A DNA stretch of 64,000 bases from NCBI GenBank assembly GCA_951406725.2, contig OX597833.1:51522001-51586000 (forward strand), read 5' to 3'. Below the pieces are notes generated by a model, which was given only the letters and a program-made list of their open reading frames with translations, had not been told where the DNA came from and searched no databases. Source of the stretch: Octopus vulgaris (taxonomy: Eukaryota). Shown here in pieces: positions 25,230 to 38,448 of the stretch (positions within the stretch are counted from its first letter, which is position 1; the number at the start of each line of letters is the position of its first letter). The position numbers were made by a program, and so were the translations under genes.

Positions 25230-25400
25230 CATATATACGACGAGATTCTTTCAGTTTCCGTCTACCAAATCCACTCACAAGGCTTTAGTCGGCCCGAGGC
25301 TATAGTAGAAGGCACTTGCCCAAGGTGCTACGCAGTGGGACTGAACCCGGAGCCATATGCCTGGTGAGCAGGCTACTTACCACACAGCAACTCCTAAGCC
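24944..25400 (-). mobile_element. SINE family A
   Basis: Full-length copy with (CTCTTTTA)n tail on the + strand. Confidence 0.9.
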
Positions 25401-25688
25401 TATCGTGCAAGACATTAACTCAAAGTACCGCGCAGATGGACAGAACTTGATGCACGTGGTTATGAAGTAAGCAGTTTAACGACACAGCCCTCCTACAACA
25501 CACAGATACAGAAACACCTACACATACACATCACAGAAATAGACTCGCCCATGACTCTCTACGTCTATAGTATATAAAACAAATTAGCAAATACCTTGAA
25601 GTTAGCAATTGCCTTCACATCAACACTCTCATACATATTTTCACACTCACAAAACGTAGCACATGTGCAGCTCGCTACTCCCATTTCT

Positions 25689-25749
<61 letters not shown>

Positions 25750-25767
25750 ATGTATATAAATATATAT

Positions 25768-25823
<56 letters not shown>

Positions 25824-27130
25824 GTATATATATGTATGTATCTATATACGTATATATATACATACATATATATATGTATATATATATATATACATATATA
25901 CATATATACATATGTATGTATATATGTATATATACATAAATATATATGTATATATATATATATATACATATATACATATATACATATGTATGTATATATG
26001 TATATATATACATATATATTTATGTATATATATATATATATATGTGTATGTGTGCGTGCGTGCGTGAGTGTGTGTATGTGTGTGTGCATGTGTGTGTGTG
26101 CGTGTGTATATATGCATGTGTGTGTGTGCATGTATGTGTGCATGTGTGTGCACCTGTGTGCGCGCGTGTGTGTGTATGTGTGTGCATACGTGTATGTGCA
26201 TGTGTGTGCGTATGTATGTGCATATGCGTGTGCGTATGTGTGCGCATGCATATGTGTAGGTGCATGTCTGTGTGTGTGTGTGTGTGTGTATGTGTGTAGA
26301 GTACATTCAGCACATGCGCTCATACGCATACACACACACATATCTAGTCAACCATACTCACGACAATTCCACCCCTGTCCTAGCTCGCTCTTTTTTTTTG
26401 TCTCTTTTGTGAATTGCTTATCTTATCTTCGCGAAGATAATTTTGTGGAGGGTAGGCGGGACATGTATGAAGTGAGGTAGGAAGGTAGGCTGACTGAGAC
26501 CCCCCCCCCAAAAAAAAAAAAACAAAGAAAAACAAAGAAATTACTTTTAAGAAATATAACTAAAAAAACAAAGTTAGATCATCATCTGTAGGGTTAAACT
26601 GGAAATGGCAGGCGTTATGTCACGTGACAGCTATTCCCTTCAGAGACCCTACCGTATTGTAATCCCGAACAACATAACGATTGTCAGGTTCTATGTCATT
26701 TGTTTTCTTAAGGCTTTTTGGGCTTATTTTGTTTTCCCCTTTTATTTGTATTCTTCTTTAATTTCTGAGAAGGGACCCAGATTTGTTTCAGTCAATTTTT
26801 AGGTTTTAAGCATGAATTGCTGAAATCGTTTTGTTCGGCTGTTCTTAAACTAAGCGAAGAAGTAGACATCACAAGACGCTATTGCTAAAATGTCTTTTAA
26901 GAGGCCTGCAATAAGATTATGTATAAGAGTGGCAAAGTGACACGCTAAAATGAGGATATCGATAGAGACGTGTAAAAGCAACGTTATCTATTGATCTCAT
27001 CCAAGTAGATAAGTGTGTCAGATATATATATTTGTTGGCGTGAGTCTGTGTACTACGAATGTATGTATGTATGTATGTATGTATGTATGTATACGTATGT
27101 ATGTATGTATGTATGTATATATGTATGTAT

Positions 27131-27260
27131 ACTCTTTTACTCTTTTACTTGTTTCAGTCATTTGACTGCGGCCATGCTGGAGGGCCGCCTTTAGTCGAGC
27201 AAATCGACCCCACCACTTATTCTTTGTAAGCCTAGTACTCATTCTATCGGTCTTTTTTGC
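27131..27260 (-). mobile_element. SINE family A 3' fragment
   Basis: Matches the family A tail. Confidence 0.85.
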
Positions 27261-27362
27261 CACATTCTTTGAAAGCATGCGAAATAACCTGGAAAAGAAA
27301 AAGAAAAAAGGAAATAAAACTCCGTTCTTGTGAAACTCAAATTTTCCTGGTTATCCAACAGG

Positions 27363-27422
<60 letters not shown>

Positions 27423-27553
27423 AGTGGGATGACCACTACGTGGACATCCATTATGCTAGAAGTAGATCCGCTATGGTCTTACCATTAAGAAAGGAATATT
27501 CTCAAGAAAATTTAGCAAACGCCAGAACTTAAGCGAGCAAGACAAATGAAAAG

Positions 27554-27597
<44 letters not shown>

Positions 27598-27612
27598 TAT
27601 AGATATATATAT

Positions 27613-27664
<52 letters not shown>

Positions 27665-27808
27665 CACGCAAAATATGGCGGTTTAGTTCACAGGTGATCT
27701 AAACGGTTAGGTACGCTTGGTAAGTGCCGTAACGGATTAGTGGGGCTACAAGGTTATTGTCTAGACGGTAGTAATGGAGCTTTTGCAGATTTCCGATGCT
27801 GCAGATAG

Positions 27809-27974
27809 ATAATTGTTAAAGAGGATAACAAACATGAAGGGAAGGCAAACAACTCAAGTCGTATACAATATTATTATTATTGTTATTGGAAACAAAAATT
27901 TTTCAGTAATAATATTGTATAGGACTTCAGATGTTTGCCTTGCTCTATTGTTTGTTGTCCTCTTTAACAATTAT
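27809..27974. repeat. Imperfect inverted repeat (~68-bp arms)
   Basis: ATAATTGTTAAAGAGGA...ATACAATATTATTA versus TAATAATATTGTAT...TCCTCTTTAACAATTAT. Confidence 0.8.
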
Positions 27975-27979
27975 ATATG

Positions 27980-28304
27980 CTGAAACCCCCTTCGGTCATG
28001 ACTGACCATGGGATTGCACATAGAAACTTGCCCTTCCAGGCACAAGTCCGGGCAAGTTTGTTCATGGAAGACCAGCAGTCGCCCATGCATACCGGCAACC
28101 CTTCTCCACGCCACCAGTGTTATCCAAGGGAAAGGCAAAGGCCGATGCAGCTTGGCACCTGTGACGCCACAACTCATTTCTACAGCTGCGTGAACTGGAG
28201 CAACGTGAAATAATGTGTCTTACTCAAGAAGATAACACGCAGCTCGGTCCGAGATTCGAACTCACAACCTCACGATCGTAAGCTCGACGCTCTAACCGCC
28301 TTCA
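27980..28304 (-). mobile_element. SINE family D head with a third tail type
   Basis: Reverse strand GGTTAGAGCG..GAGTTCGAATCTC..TTCTTGAGTAAGACAC..CACGTTGCTCCAG followed by a distinct 3' part. Confidence 0.8.
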
Positions 28305-28335
28305 CAATTGTTATATATATATATATATATATATC

Positions 28336-29952
28336 AAATTAGAGATAAAACCACTATTAGGCAAATCAAACAATGAAAAACATAAGCCAATACATAAAAT
28401 TAATTTTATTTATATTATTTATCAAAAGTATTAAAAGTTTAATAAAAGATAAAGAGTAAAACACTACGATCGTTTCATGGCTGTACAATTCGAATAACAA
28501 TAATTTAAATTCAATTAATAATTCGAGTTATGGTTACAGTCAATCTTCAGGTTAATTGAAATATTTAAAAAATAATCAGAAATATTTAAACAATATTTTA
28601 AAGATATAAATAAAATAATAATTTTACTTATAATAAACTCTATTATCAAACTAGAAGCGTAAAACTTAACAATTATGATTATATCAAAATCGACAATAAT
28701 GTTAAATATTAATTTTAATTTATAAGGTAGGAAATAGTAGTATCTTACGAATAAACTTAAATTTAATATCTAATAATATAGAAAATTACGATAATTAGAT
28801 CATTACATAAACATCGATATTTACATAAGGAAAATATTATTACAAATTGTAACTTTTAATATTGTATAAGTCTTTGGTGTAATAATATTTTCCTTATGTA
28901 AATATCGTAGTTTATGTAATGATCTAATTATCGTAATTTTCTATATTATTAGATATTAAATTTAAGTTTATTTGTAAGATACTACTTAGCGATAGATTTG
29001 TTGTTTGATAGTAAGTATACGAGGTGTATAAAGTTAGGCTTTTGTATATACATGTTTTAATAGTATTAATTGTAGTTTTAAATTTCTTATAATTAAATTA
29101 GATAAACTTTGATAAACTTAGATATGTTTCGACTAAAGATTGGTCCAGGCCATGTCTAATTTAATAGCATAACTTAGTTATTGTTTTTTTAAATTGATAT
29201 TCGCTAGTTATTCCCATTGATAATTATATTTATAGTATTTATAGTATTTATTCGATACTATATTACTACGAATTGATTATTTCTATAAGTATTTTACATA
29301 AGATTTCCGAAAGTTCGTTTAAGTTTGTTTATTTGTATTTTGAAATTAGCTATTTCATCTTTAAATATGAAAAATTAATTTATTAGGTTTTTATTATATG
29401 TGCATATATATTTATTTATAGAGATTATTTTAGATCTTAATTATATTTATATATATTTATATATTTTCATTGATAATTTATATATAATAGTCATTTTTAA
29501 ATATTTATGTAATTAGATATAGATTAATACCGATATTAGATTATTGGTGGGTTTCCTATCTTATAAATTAAAATTAATATTTAACATTATAGTCGATTTT
29601 GATATAATCATAACTGTTAAGTTTTATGTTTCTAGTTTGATAATAGAGTTTATAATAAGTAAAATTATTATTTTATTTATATCTTAAAAATATTGCTTAA
29701 ATATTTCTGATTATTTTTTTAGATATTTCAATTAACCTGAAGATTGACTGTAACCATAACTCGAATTATTAATTGAATTTAAATTATTGTTATTCGAATT
29801 GTACAGCCATGAAACGATCGTAGTGTTTTACTCTTTATCTTTTATTAAACTTTTAATACTTTTGATAAATAATATAAATAAAATTAATTTTATGTATTGG
29901 CTTATGTTTTTCATTGTTTGATTTGCCTAATAGTGGTTTTATCTCTAATTTA
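28336..29952. repeat. Nested inverted repeat A-B-B'-C-A' (Penelope-like inverted terminal repeats)
   Basis: ~28336-28735 pairs with ~29551-29952; ~28736-28843 pairs with ~28879-28987; extremely AT-rich; flanked by TA tracts. Confidence 0.85.
29734..29826 (+). ncRNA. Hammerhead-like motif with long stem II (mirror copy 28462-28553, minus strand)
   Basis: CTGAAGA-tTGACTGTA...TACAGCCAt-GAAAC-GATC-GTA; palindromic stem III ACGATCGT; weak stem I. Confidence 0.55.
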
Positions 29953-30045
29953 ATATAATATAATATAATATATTTATACTATAAAATTGGATTTAATCCT
30001 AAATCTGATTTTTCCCTTTAAGTTTGGATTTATTCCCTAATATTT

Positions 30046-30181
<136 letters not shown>

Positions 30182-30349
30182 GCTTACATCTATGAACATT
30201 CATGATGAATTTTGTACGCCTTCTGGTAAGAAAATCTTACAAAATATTGGGCAACCCGAAGAATCTCAAGTTAACTCGTCGCGATTTGAATACAGTGTAA
30301 CGATTCGGAATACAAAACCGCAAGATATTTATTTTTTTATTCATGGAGG

Positions 30350-30735
30350 GGGCTAAACATAGAAAGGACAAACAAAGGGTTTAAGTTTATTGCATCGACC
30401 CCAGTGCGTAACTTGTACTTATTTAATCGACCCCGAAAGGATGAAAGGCAAAGTCGACCTCGGCGGAATTTTGAACTCAGAATGTAGCGGCAGACGAAAT
30501 ACCTATTTCTTTACTACCCACGAGGGGCTAAACACAGAGAGGACAAACAAGGACAGACAAACGGATTAAGTCGATTATATCGACCCCAGTGCGTAACTGG
30601 TACTTATTTAATCGACCCCGAAAGAATGAAAGGCAAAGTCGACCTCAGCGGAATTTGAACTCAGAACGTAACGGCAGACGAAATACGGCTACGCATTTCG
30701 CCCGGCGTGCTAACGTTTTTGCCAGCTCGCCACCT
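30350..30735 (-). mobile_element. SINE family B dimer
   Basis: Two units joined at GAAATACCTATTTC. Confidence 0.9.
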
Positions 30736-31559
30736 TACTGAGCGAAATTATTAAAAGTATAAGAGAATAAAGCGTACCGCGATTCGAACGCAATACTTTA
30801 TATAAGCAGTAAATTTCATTGTTCAAAGAACTGATTGAGGATTAGTATCAAGTATCCAGTAGTAATATAATAAAGACACGAGATCTATATCTGTAGTAAT
30901 GGCACCAAGACGTCTGGAGGAAAATCCGAGAGAAGAGCCTGTAAGATAAATCATCTATAAAGGATTAAATTAAAACCCCTTTCGTGTGCGGGATTCTTTT
31001 ATTGTATTCGTTCATTCGTTTTTCCTTCAATGTATTTATAGGAATCCGATTTGGTCACGAGTCGGCAAAATCCTGAAATAGTTAGATCGAAAAATAGCGA
31101 TACTCGCAATATCTTTTTCCATGCACGCGTTCGTACACTCATACATATTTACAGATGTAAGTTTGTGTGTGAGTATGAATGTATGTGTGTGTGTGTGTGT
31201 GTATGTGTGTGTGTGTGCGTGTGTGTGGCTGTGTGGTTAAGAATTTCACTTCGCAGTCACGTGTTTTTGGTCAAGTCCTACATTACTATAGGAAAACAAC
31301 ATGCATAGATACGTCGCGTTTGTATTGTGAGTTACAGATAACACCAGAGAGTCAATCTCGTGGAGCCGATCTATGGATTCCCTGCAGATAAGGTTTACTG
31401 TATGTAATTTCACCACCAAATAACGAAGTCACGCAAAGGGCATTATGGCAGAGTACCCCATATCTGTGGTCCTGTTCTCAGATACCATGAATCTGCAAAT
31501 AAAGGTGAGTGGAAATTAGTGTTGCTGATAAGTGATTGATATCACTGCAAGGACTTCAG

Positions 31560-31960
31560 GGATGAGGTAACACCCATAATTCAAGCAACATAGTAAACTT
31601 TGAGATCGACACAGAATATGATTGCATTGTCAAATGAGGTAAACAAATGAGGAAAACAACAGTTTCAGCTCTCGGGGGTCTGAGATTGCAACAGTTTACG
31701 CAAAATGGAATCCGACGTCTTGAGAAGATGCATGATAATACTTTAAAGAAATTGGCGACGTCAAAAACATTCTACCCCGAGTAAGCAACTGGTTAAAGCT
31801 AGTTGACAATAGACTATTACTCGGTAGTTTTGAGATCTTGTGTTTTCAGTACGGTGTCTACCTAGGCTTCGATGACCATTCATGCTTCATGACTTTCTCA
31901 TAGACTCGAGTGAAAGCATGGAGAGATGGTGCAGGAAATTCGTACAAAAATGCCAAGATG
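31560..31960 (+). pseudogene. Possible heavily decayed CR1/L2-type reverse transcriptase fragment
   Basis: Scattered frames give VTPI, NWLKLVDNRLLLG, FSTVS and RWCRKFV in the order of CR1/L2 RT motifs; many stops and frameshifts. Confidence 0.3.
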
Positions 31961-32204
31961 CTTCCAACAAATTTCAACTCGTTCAACGTATACAGCCAGA
32001 CCGCCAAGTACCGCTTTCAGGTTCCATTGGTAGAGAAAGAGTTCAAAGTCACCAATGTAAAAAACAGTCAGTATACTGATTCTAAAAGAGGGAAAGATTA
32101 TGAGTCGAATATCTTCTATCATTATTTTATTCAATGGGAGAATAAAATCAACAGATACATATTACTGTCTGAAACGTGAGAATATTTTTATTCTTCCTCT
32201 CTTC

Positions 32205-32513
32205 CTCTTTCGCCCTTTTCAAACCTAGCCAGGCTCGTGGGCCCGGTTTCCCGGTTTCTGTGGCGTATGTGTTCCCCCCAGCTGAACGGAACGTCAGTCC
32301 ATCGCAGCGTTACTCAAGAAACAGGAAGAAAGAGTGAGAGAAAGTTGTGGCTAAAGAGTACAACAGGGGTCGCCACCACCCCCTGCCGGAGCCTCGTGGA
32401 GCTTTTAGGTGTTTTCACTCAATAAACACACACAACGCCCGGTCTGGGAATCGAAACTGCGATCCTCCGACCGCAAGTCCGCTGCCCTAAACACTGGGCC
32501 ATTGCACCTCCAC
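32205..32513 (-). mobile_element. SINE family C with V-like tail
   Basis: Same structure as 6075-6386; flanking direct repeat TTTT(A/G)TTCTTCCT. Confidence 0.9.
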
Positions 32514-32836
32514 TTTTGTTCTTCCTAGTAAACCTAAAATATTACCGTTACTCGCAAGTGATTATGACTTCGTAATTCCACTTATTGTTTTAAGTGCCTA
32601 TGTTGCCGAGAGTTACCGTGGAAACAAAATTCTTTCATATGGTAAAAGGTGTAAAAACACCAAAGTTGCCTTGTACCTCCCTCTACCGTATTTCCAGACG
32701 CGCATTTCTGGCTCTTTAACCTTCCTCTATGGGAAATACCGAACAGAGAATGTTCCTCCTTGGTAACTACAGTGAATTTGCTTTTAGAAGTTAAAATATG
32801 TCACAATCACATTTAACTAACCTAAAGTTCGTTTAC

Positions 32837-33130
32837 GGAGGCACATGGCCTAGGGGTTAGAGCAGCGGACTCGAGGTCGAGGGATCGCGGGTTCGAATCT
32901 CAGACCGGGCGATGTGTGTGTTTATGAGCGAAACACCTAAGCTCCACGCGGCTCCGGCAGAAGGTAATGGCGAACTTCTGTTGACTCATTAGCCACAACA
33001 TTCACTCTTTTCTCCTGCATCTTGCAGCTCCTTTCGACGGACCGGCATCCCGTCCAGGTGAGAAACCTATACGCCAAGAAAACCGGGAAACCGGCCCTTT
33101 GAGCCAGGTGTGCCAGGAGAAGGATCATCG
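32837..33130 (+). mobile_element. SINE family C variant
   Basis: GGAGGCACATGGCCTAGGGG head, GGGTTCGAATCTC B box; 13-bp TSD AAAGTTCGTTTAC at 32824-32836 and 33131-33143. Confidence 0.9.
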
Positions 33131-33760
33131 AAAGTTCGTTTACACCTAATTCACTGCTTGGCGCCGCTGTTGCTGCTATCATTAATACAACCAAGCGGCC
33201 CATTAGTGCAACTTAGTCGCTGAAGCTGACAGTTTTATTTTCTGTTTTTGATGTTTAAATTAAGGCTACCTGTGTGAATTAGCCCAGGTTTATCTCTTTT
33301 CTGTGTTTCCCATTCAAGAAGGCGAAAGAGCTAGAAACGTGCGTCTGGGAATCCGCTAGAGGGAAGCAGTGCTCAGATATAGTGTTTTTTACACTTTTTA
33401 TCATAAGAAAGAATTTTTTTCTCCACGATATGCCTTTAGAAGTTAAAATCTATTACATATTTTTACTATCCTAAAGTTTATATATACCTAATCACTGCTT
33501 GGCGCTGATGCTGTACATTTTGCTGATATCAGGGGATATGGCTTTGTCTCCAACAGCTGCTTTCGAAAGGTTTTTTTTAAGTCAACTTTTGTACGGTATT
33601 ATTTATAGCCTTTCTGCTTCGAGGTACGCAGTTCCCTGAAGAAATACACACGCATAGAATACATACATGCATATGGGTGTGAGCGTCTCTGTGTCCCTAT
33701 GTGTATGTATATGTGCATATATATATGTGTGTGTATATGCGCATATACAAACACATATAC

Positions 33761-33827
<67 letters not shown>

Positions 33828-34255
33828 CATACACACATATATGACAGATAAGTAATGAATACAACATACGTGTTCCTCTCGGTGTGTACTTGTCTGTGAC
33901 ACAACAGGAACGGAACAACAATTTCGAAACACTTCCTCAAAAAAGTATAGAAATAGATAAAGTAAAAACAAATAAAAACAGTATAAAAGAAAAAAGAAAA
34001 AAAAATCTACACACAATGAAGCTATGACTTGTAGAAAACAAAAATTTAGTTAGACATATATACACGCCTGGCTAACTTGCTGCGATGTAACATCTCCCCA
34101 ATATACGTTCGTCTCCGTGGTGGTCGTCACTTACGGATGGTTTCTCCGATTAAATTACTTATTAACAAACACCTTCTGCCTACATATATGTAAACATATA
34201 TATGCATGTGTGTGTCCCCATAATTGTATGTGTGAGTGTGTGTGTGTTGGTGTGT

Positions 34256-34332
<77 letters not shown>

Positions 34333-34425
34333 TGTGAGTGTGTGTGTTTCAGAGTATGTGTAGATATATGTATACGTATGTATACATAAACATATACCTA
34401 TGCATATTCTGAAATAGATATGTGA

Positions 34426-34456
<31 letters not shown>

Positions 34457-34518
34457 TGTATGTATGTATGTATGTATGTATGTATGTATGTATGTATGTA
34501 TGTATGTATGTATGTATG

Positions 34519-34551
<33 letters not shown>

Positions 34552-34666
34552 GTATATATATAGATATTAGATAAATAGATAGATAGATAGATAAATAAAT
34601 AGATAGATAGATATGTAGATATATATATGTATATGTGTATGTACTCATATATATATACGTATATAT

Positions 34667-34712
<46 letters not shown>

Positions 34713-34822
34713 ATATATATATATGTATGTGTGTATGTATGTATCTATAGATGCATATATATATATACACACGACATATATATATATATATTTGTTTATA
34801 GAAATATACATACATATATATA

Positions 34823-34880
<58 letters not shown>

Positions 34881-35448
34881 TATACATATATATATATATG
34901 AATGTATGTATATATGTATGCATCCATGCGCGCGTGGAGTCAAATAGCGACACAGAAATCATACGTATGTACGATTGCACGTACGTGTGTCCTTGTGAAT
35001 GTTTATCTCTATAATATAAATACTCATGCTTACACAGTTATTTTTATTTGACAATTGCCCTCTGTAAAAATGGAAAAAATACAAATAGGGAACATAGTTC
35101 AAGAAGGGGAGAGTCAAATACTACCAGTGTCATAATTTCTACAATACTTTTACAGGTCCCATAATAGTGCCATTGCTGTCTAGCTTTTTTCTAAGGGAAT
35201 TAGCTCATGTTTTTGTCGAAGGTACAAACAAACCTAAGCCATTTACAATATTGCACATTTGTTAATAGACGAAGATAAAACGATTTAGAAATTAAATATA
35301 AAATTTACTTATTGTACTTACTCAAGCATATAGCAAACCAATTTTCAATAACAATAAACATCACAAGTCCGATGGACGTACGCAGTTAGTATTATTAGTT
35401 TGACGCTAAAAGAAGGAAAAGATTTATAGAGGGAAATTTAAGTAAAAC

Positions 35449-35483
35449 GTATGACGTTTCGGACATTGTCTATCGTCAGATAC
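35449..35483 (-). ncRNA. Minimal hammerhead ribozyme motif (Penelope-type)
   Basis: Reverse strand GUAU-CUGACGA-UAGAC(AAU)GUCC-GAAAC-GUC-AUAC; palindromic ACGU stem III; one stem II mismatch. Confidence 0.7.
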
Positions 35484-35637
35484 TGAAGGAAAGTACAGGA
35501 AAGAATGAGAAGAGAAAGAAAAGAAGAAGAGGTATTTAAAAGAAATGAGAACAAGGAAAACACGTGCGTGTGTTACATTTCAATATTCGACAAATTTGAC
35601 GTATTGTAAAAGGTGCGTTAATGCGTACGTATAAATA

Positions 35638-36203
35638 TTGGGTTGTCCGAAAAGTTCGTGCCGATTTATAGTAGCTTACCTTTCGACTTATTTTAGAACA
35701 TGGTTGAGTCCATAAAATAGGATTTTATAACACCTGTATTTAGAGCGCAGTCTCAGCTATCTTTTCGTGGAAAAAGGTTTATGTTCCAATAACCTGTGGT
35801 AATTCTGTAACCCTTTAAAATGGAAGATAAGAAAGTTCATTTTCGGCACTTGATGCTTTGGGAACCAGACAAAAATTGCTGCAGCTCGGCTGGGATGTGT
35901 TACCCAATCTTCCATATTCACCAGATATTGCTCCTTCGGATTTCCACTTATTCAGGTCTCTGCAGAATAGTCTTAATGGTCAACATTTCAATTCCTTGGA
36001 TGACGTAAAAAGATACCTTGAGGAATTCTTTACCATGAAACCAGCTCAATTCTGGGAAGAGGGTATTTTCAAGTTAAAGGAAAGATGAAAACGCATTGTG
36101 CAACAAAATGGTTCATATTTGATTGATTAAAAGTATAATGGCAAGTACTTATTGACCTTTAACTTTCCTTTAAAAATCGATACGAACTTTCCGGACAACC
36201 CAA
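35638..36203 (+). mobile_element. Internally deleted mariner with both TIRs and TA TSD
   Basis: TA-TTGGGTTGTCCGAAAAGTTCGTGCCGATTT ... AAATCGATACGAACTTTCCGGACAACCCAA-TA; MEDKKVHFRHLMLWE joined to LGWDVLPNLPYSPDIAPSDFHLFRSLQNSL (YSPDLAP motif). Confidence 0.95.
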
Positions 36204-36427
36204 TACATTACAAATAGACTCAAGCGACTAATTTCTCTATAGATGCATCATCATTTTGTAATGAAGGTTTAAAACCACTCAGCACGTTTGAATTATACAG
36301 AAATATTTGAAAAGCGCGTCGATGTATGATTGCCATTTCCTATACGAAAATTGTATTAACGGCAGAAAGAATAGAGAGAATAAATGAATTGATGCCTCTG
36401 TGTAAATAAATTACACTTCATATTCAA

Positions 36428-36498
36428 GGCTCCGATGAAGCTATAAGGTGTTATTCAGGCATTCAACTAAGAGCCCATTACAGAAACAGCAGTAAGCT
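36428..36498 (+). ncRNA. Decayed hammerhead-like motif
   Basis: GGCT-CCGATGA...GAAAC-AGCA-GTA-AGCT; core U4C change and poorly paired stem II; element ends at a TA tract (~36680). Confidence 0.45.
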
Positions 36499-36678
36499 AA
36501 TGAAATTCATAACATAACCATCGTTTTTCCTGTGACATCTCTTTTTCTGGTATAATGTTTTTCTGGAGTTAATCAACGGCAACATTCGTCCTATTCTCCT
36601 AGACTGCCATGTTAGCTTGGCGATAACTAATTAATATCCAGTACCGCTGCCGTAGTCTCCTTTAGAAAGAATTAGAAA

Positions 36679-36733
<55 letters not shown>

Positions 36734-36787
36734 CATTCACGCACGCACGCACACACACGCACTCACATATATGTATATATATGCATA

Positions 36788-36875
<88 letters not shown>

Positions 36876-36962
36876 TATATGTAGGTGTATACATATATGT
36901 ATGTATATGTGTGTGTGTGTGTGTATTTATATATATAAATGCATAAATACACAAAGAAATAC

Positions 36963-37087
<125 letters not shown>

Positions 37088-37560
37088 ATATATATATATA
37101 TATTTATATATGTATGTATATCTGTGCATGTGTATGTGTGTTTGTGTGTGTGTTTATATGTATGTATGTACGTATGTATGTATGTATGTATGTATGTATG
37201 TACATGCTGCTAGATGTTCAGAGGAGATAAAATGAAAGCCCTTCATTGTTTCGTGTGCGTCCTGTTTTGAAAAGGAGAAAAATAAAAAAAAAATAAAAGG
37301 AAACTAAAAAACAGAAGGAAAAATGGTTAAATGTAATTACTCGAAAATTAGAAAAAAAAAAATGGCGAATCTCTAATCAGCCCTGTCTGGGACCTCACTA
37401 GTGCATCTGGGCACCGCCCCGTACCTCGCTGAAAATCCTTGATAACATACTCCATCACCTCTCACTTCTACGTCAACATTCCATTTGTCAAACTGTATGT
37501 CACGAATCTCTTTTACTTAACACCAACATAATTATATTGCTTTTCTTTTCTCTTCTCTTT

Positions 37561-38448
37561 CCTTTACTTTCTCTTTTATCTGTCTTACCCCACCCCCTTT
37601 CTTTTATTCCTCCATTATTTCTGTTTATGGTTCTATTCGTTCTTCCATCTATGTTTTCTCCTTTTTGTCTTTAATTTTTTTTTCCCCGTAAAAGATATTC
37701 TACCTTGTGCCAATCCAAGAAATAATTGTTACCATCAACTTTTTCAAGTGAAACTTGAAAAGGAAGATGAGAGTAGAGAGGGAAGTGCTGTCCGATTGCA
37801 AGTTTACTGAAAGGTGGATAAATGTCGCAAGAATGGCCAGTATGAAAGGAGCCATTCTGAGGATACACCTGTAATTTAAAAAGGTATTACAAAAGGAGAA
37901 AGGGGCTCTCTAGTCCTTTTTTGACCAGGCTCCCGTGGTCTTTATGGGGTTTTCCACCAGGAACCTTTCGTAACCTATTGGGAGTTTTTCGTTGTTATAA
38001 TTTTTCGTTTTTACTCTTTTTTACACGGTTTTTTACAAACGGACAAATCCCTTTGTAACTTTCGTCCTGTGTTTTGTCCCTTTATGTTATGATTAGTTTT
38101 TGTCAGCCCTTGTGGCTAATAAAAGAATTAATTATTATCATTATCATTGTTGCAAGGCAAGAATTGTTAGTGGCGAGCTGGCAGAATCGGTAGCATGCCG
38201 AGCAAAAATGCTTCTTGGTATTTTGCCGGTCTTTACGTTCTGAGTTCAAATTCCGCACAAGTCGACATTGCTCTTTACTTTCTCTTTTATCTGTCTTACC
38301 CCCTTCTTTCTTTTATTCCTCCATTATTTCTGTTTATGGTTCTATACTTTCTTCCATCTTTATTTGTGTCCTCCTCTTTATCTTTACGTTTTTGTTTCCC
38401 CCCGTAAAAGATATTCTACCTTGTGCCAATCCGAGAAATAATTGTTAC
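37561..38448. repeat. ~170-bp direct repeat (37561-37732 and 38273-38448)
   Basis: CTTTACTTTCTCTTTTATCTGTCTTACCCC...AAAGATATTCTACCTTGTGCCAATCC.AGAAATAATTGTTAC present twice. Confidence 0.85.
37733..38128 (+). mobile_element. 3' end of an L1/Tx1-like LINE (ORF2 C-terminus and 3' UTR)
   Basis: NFFK*NLKRKMRVEREVLSDCKFTERWINVARMASMKGAILR, then a T-rich UTR ending CAGCCCTTGTGGCTAATAAAAGAA; clade is inference. Confidence 0.55.

Noticed and set aside
26618-26629. TGTCACGTGACA palindromic E-box
   Set aside because: Single short motif with no promoter context
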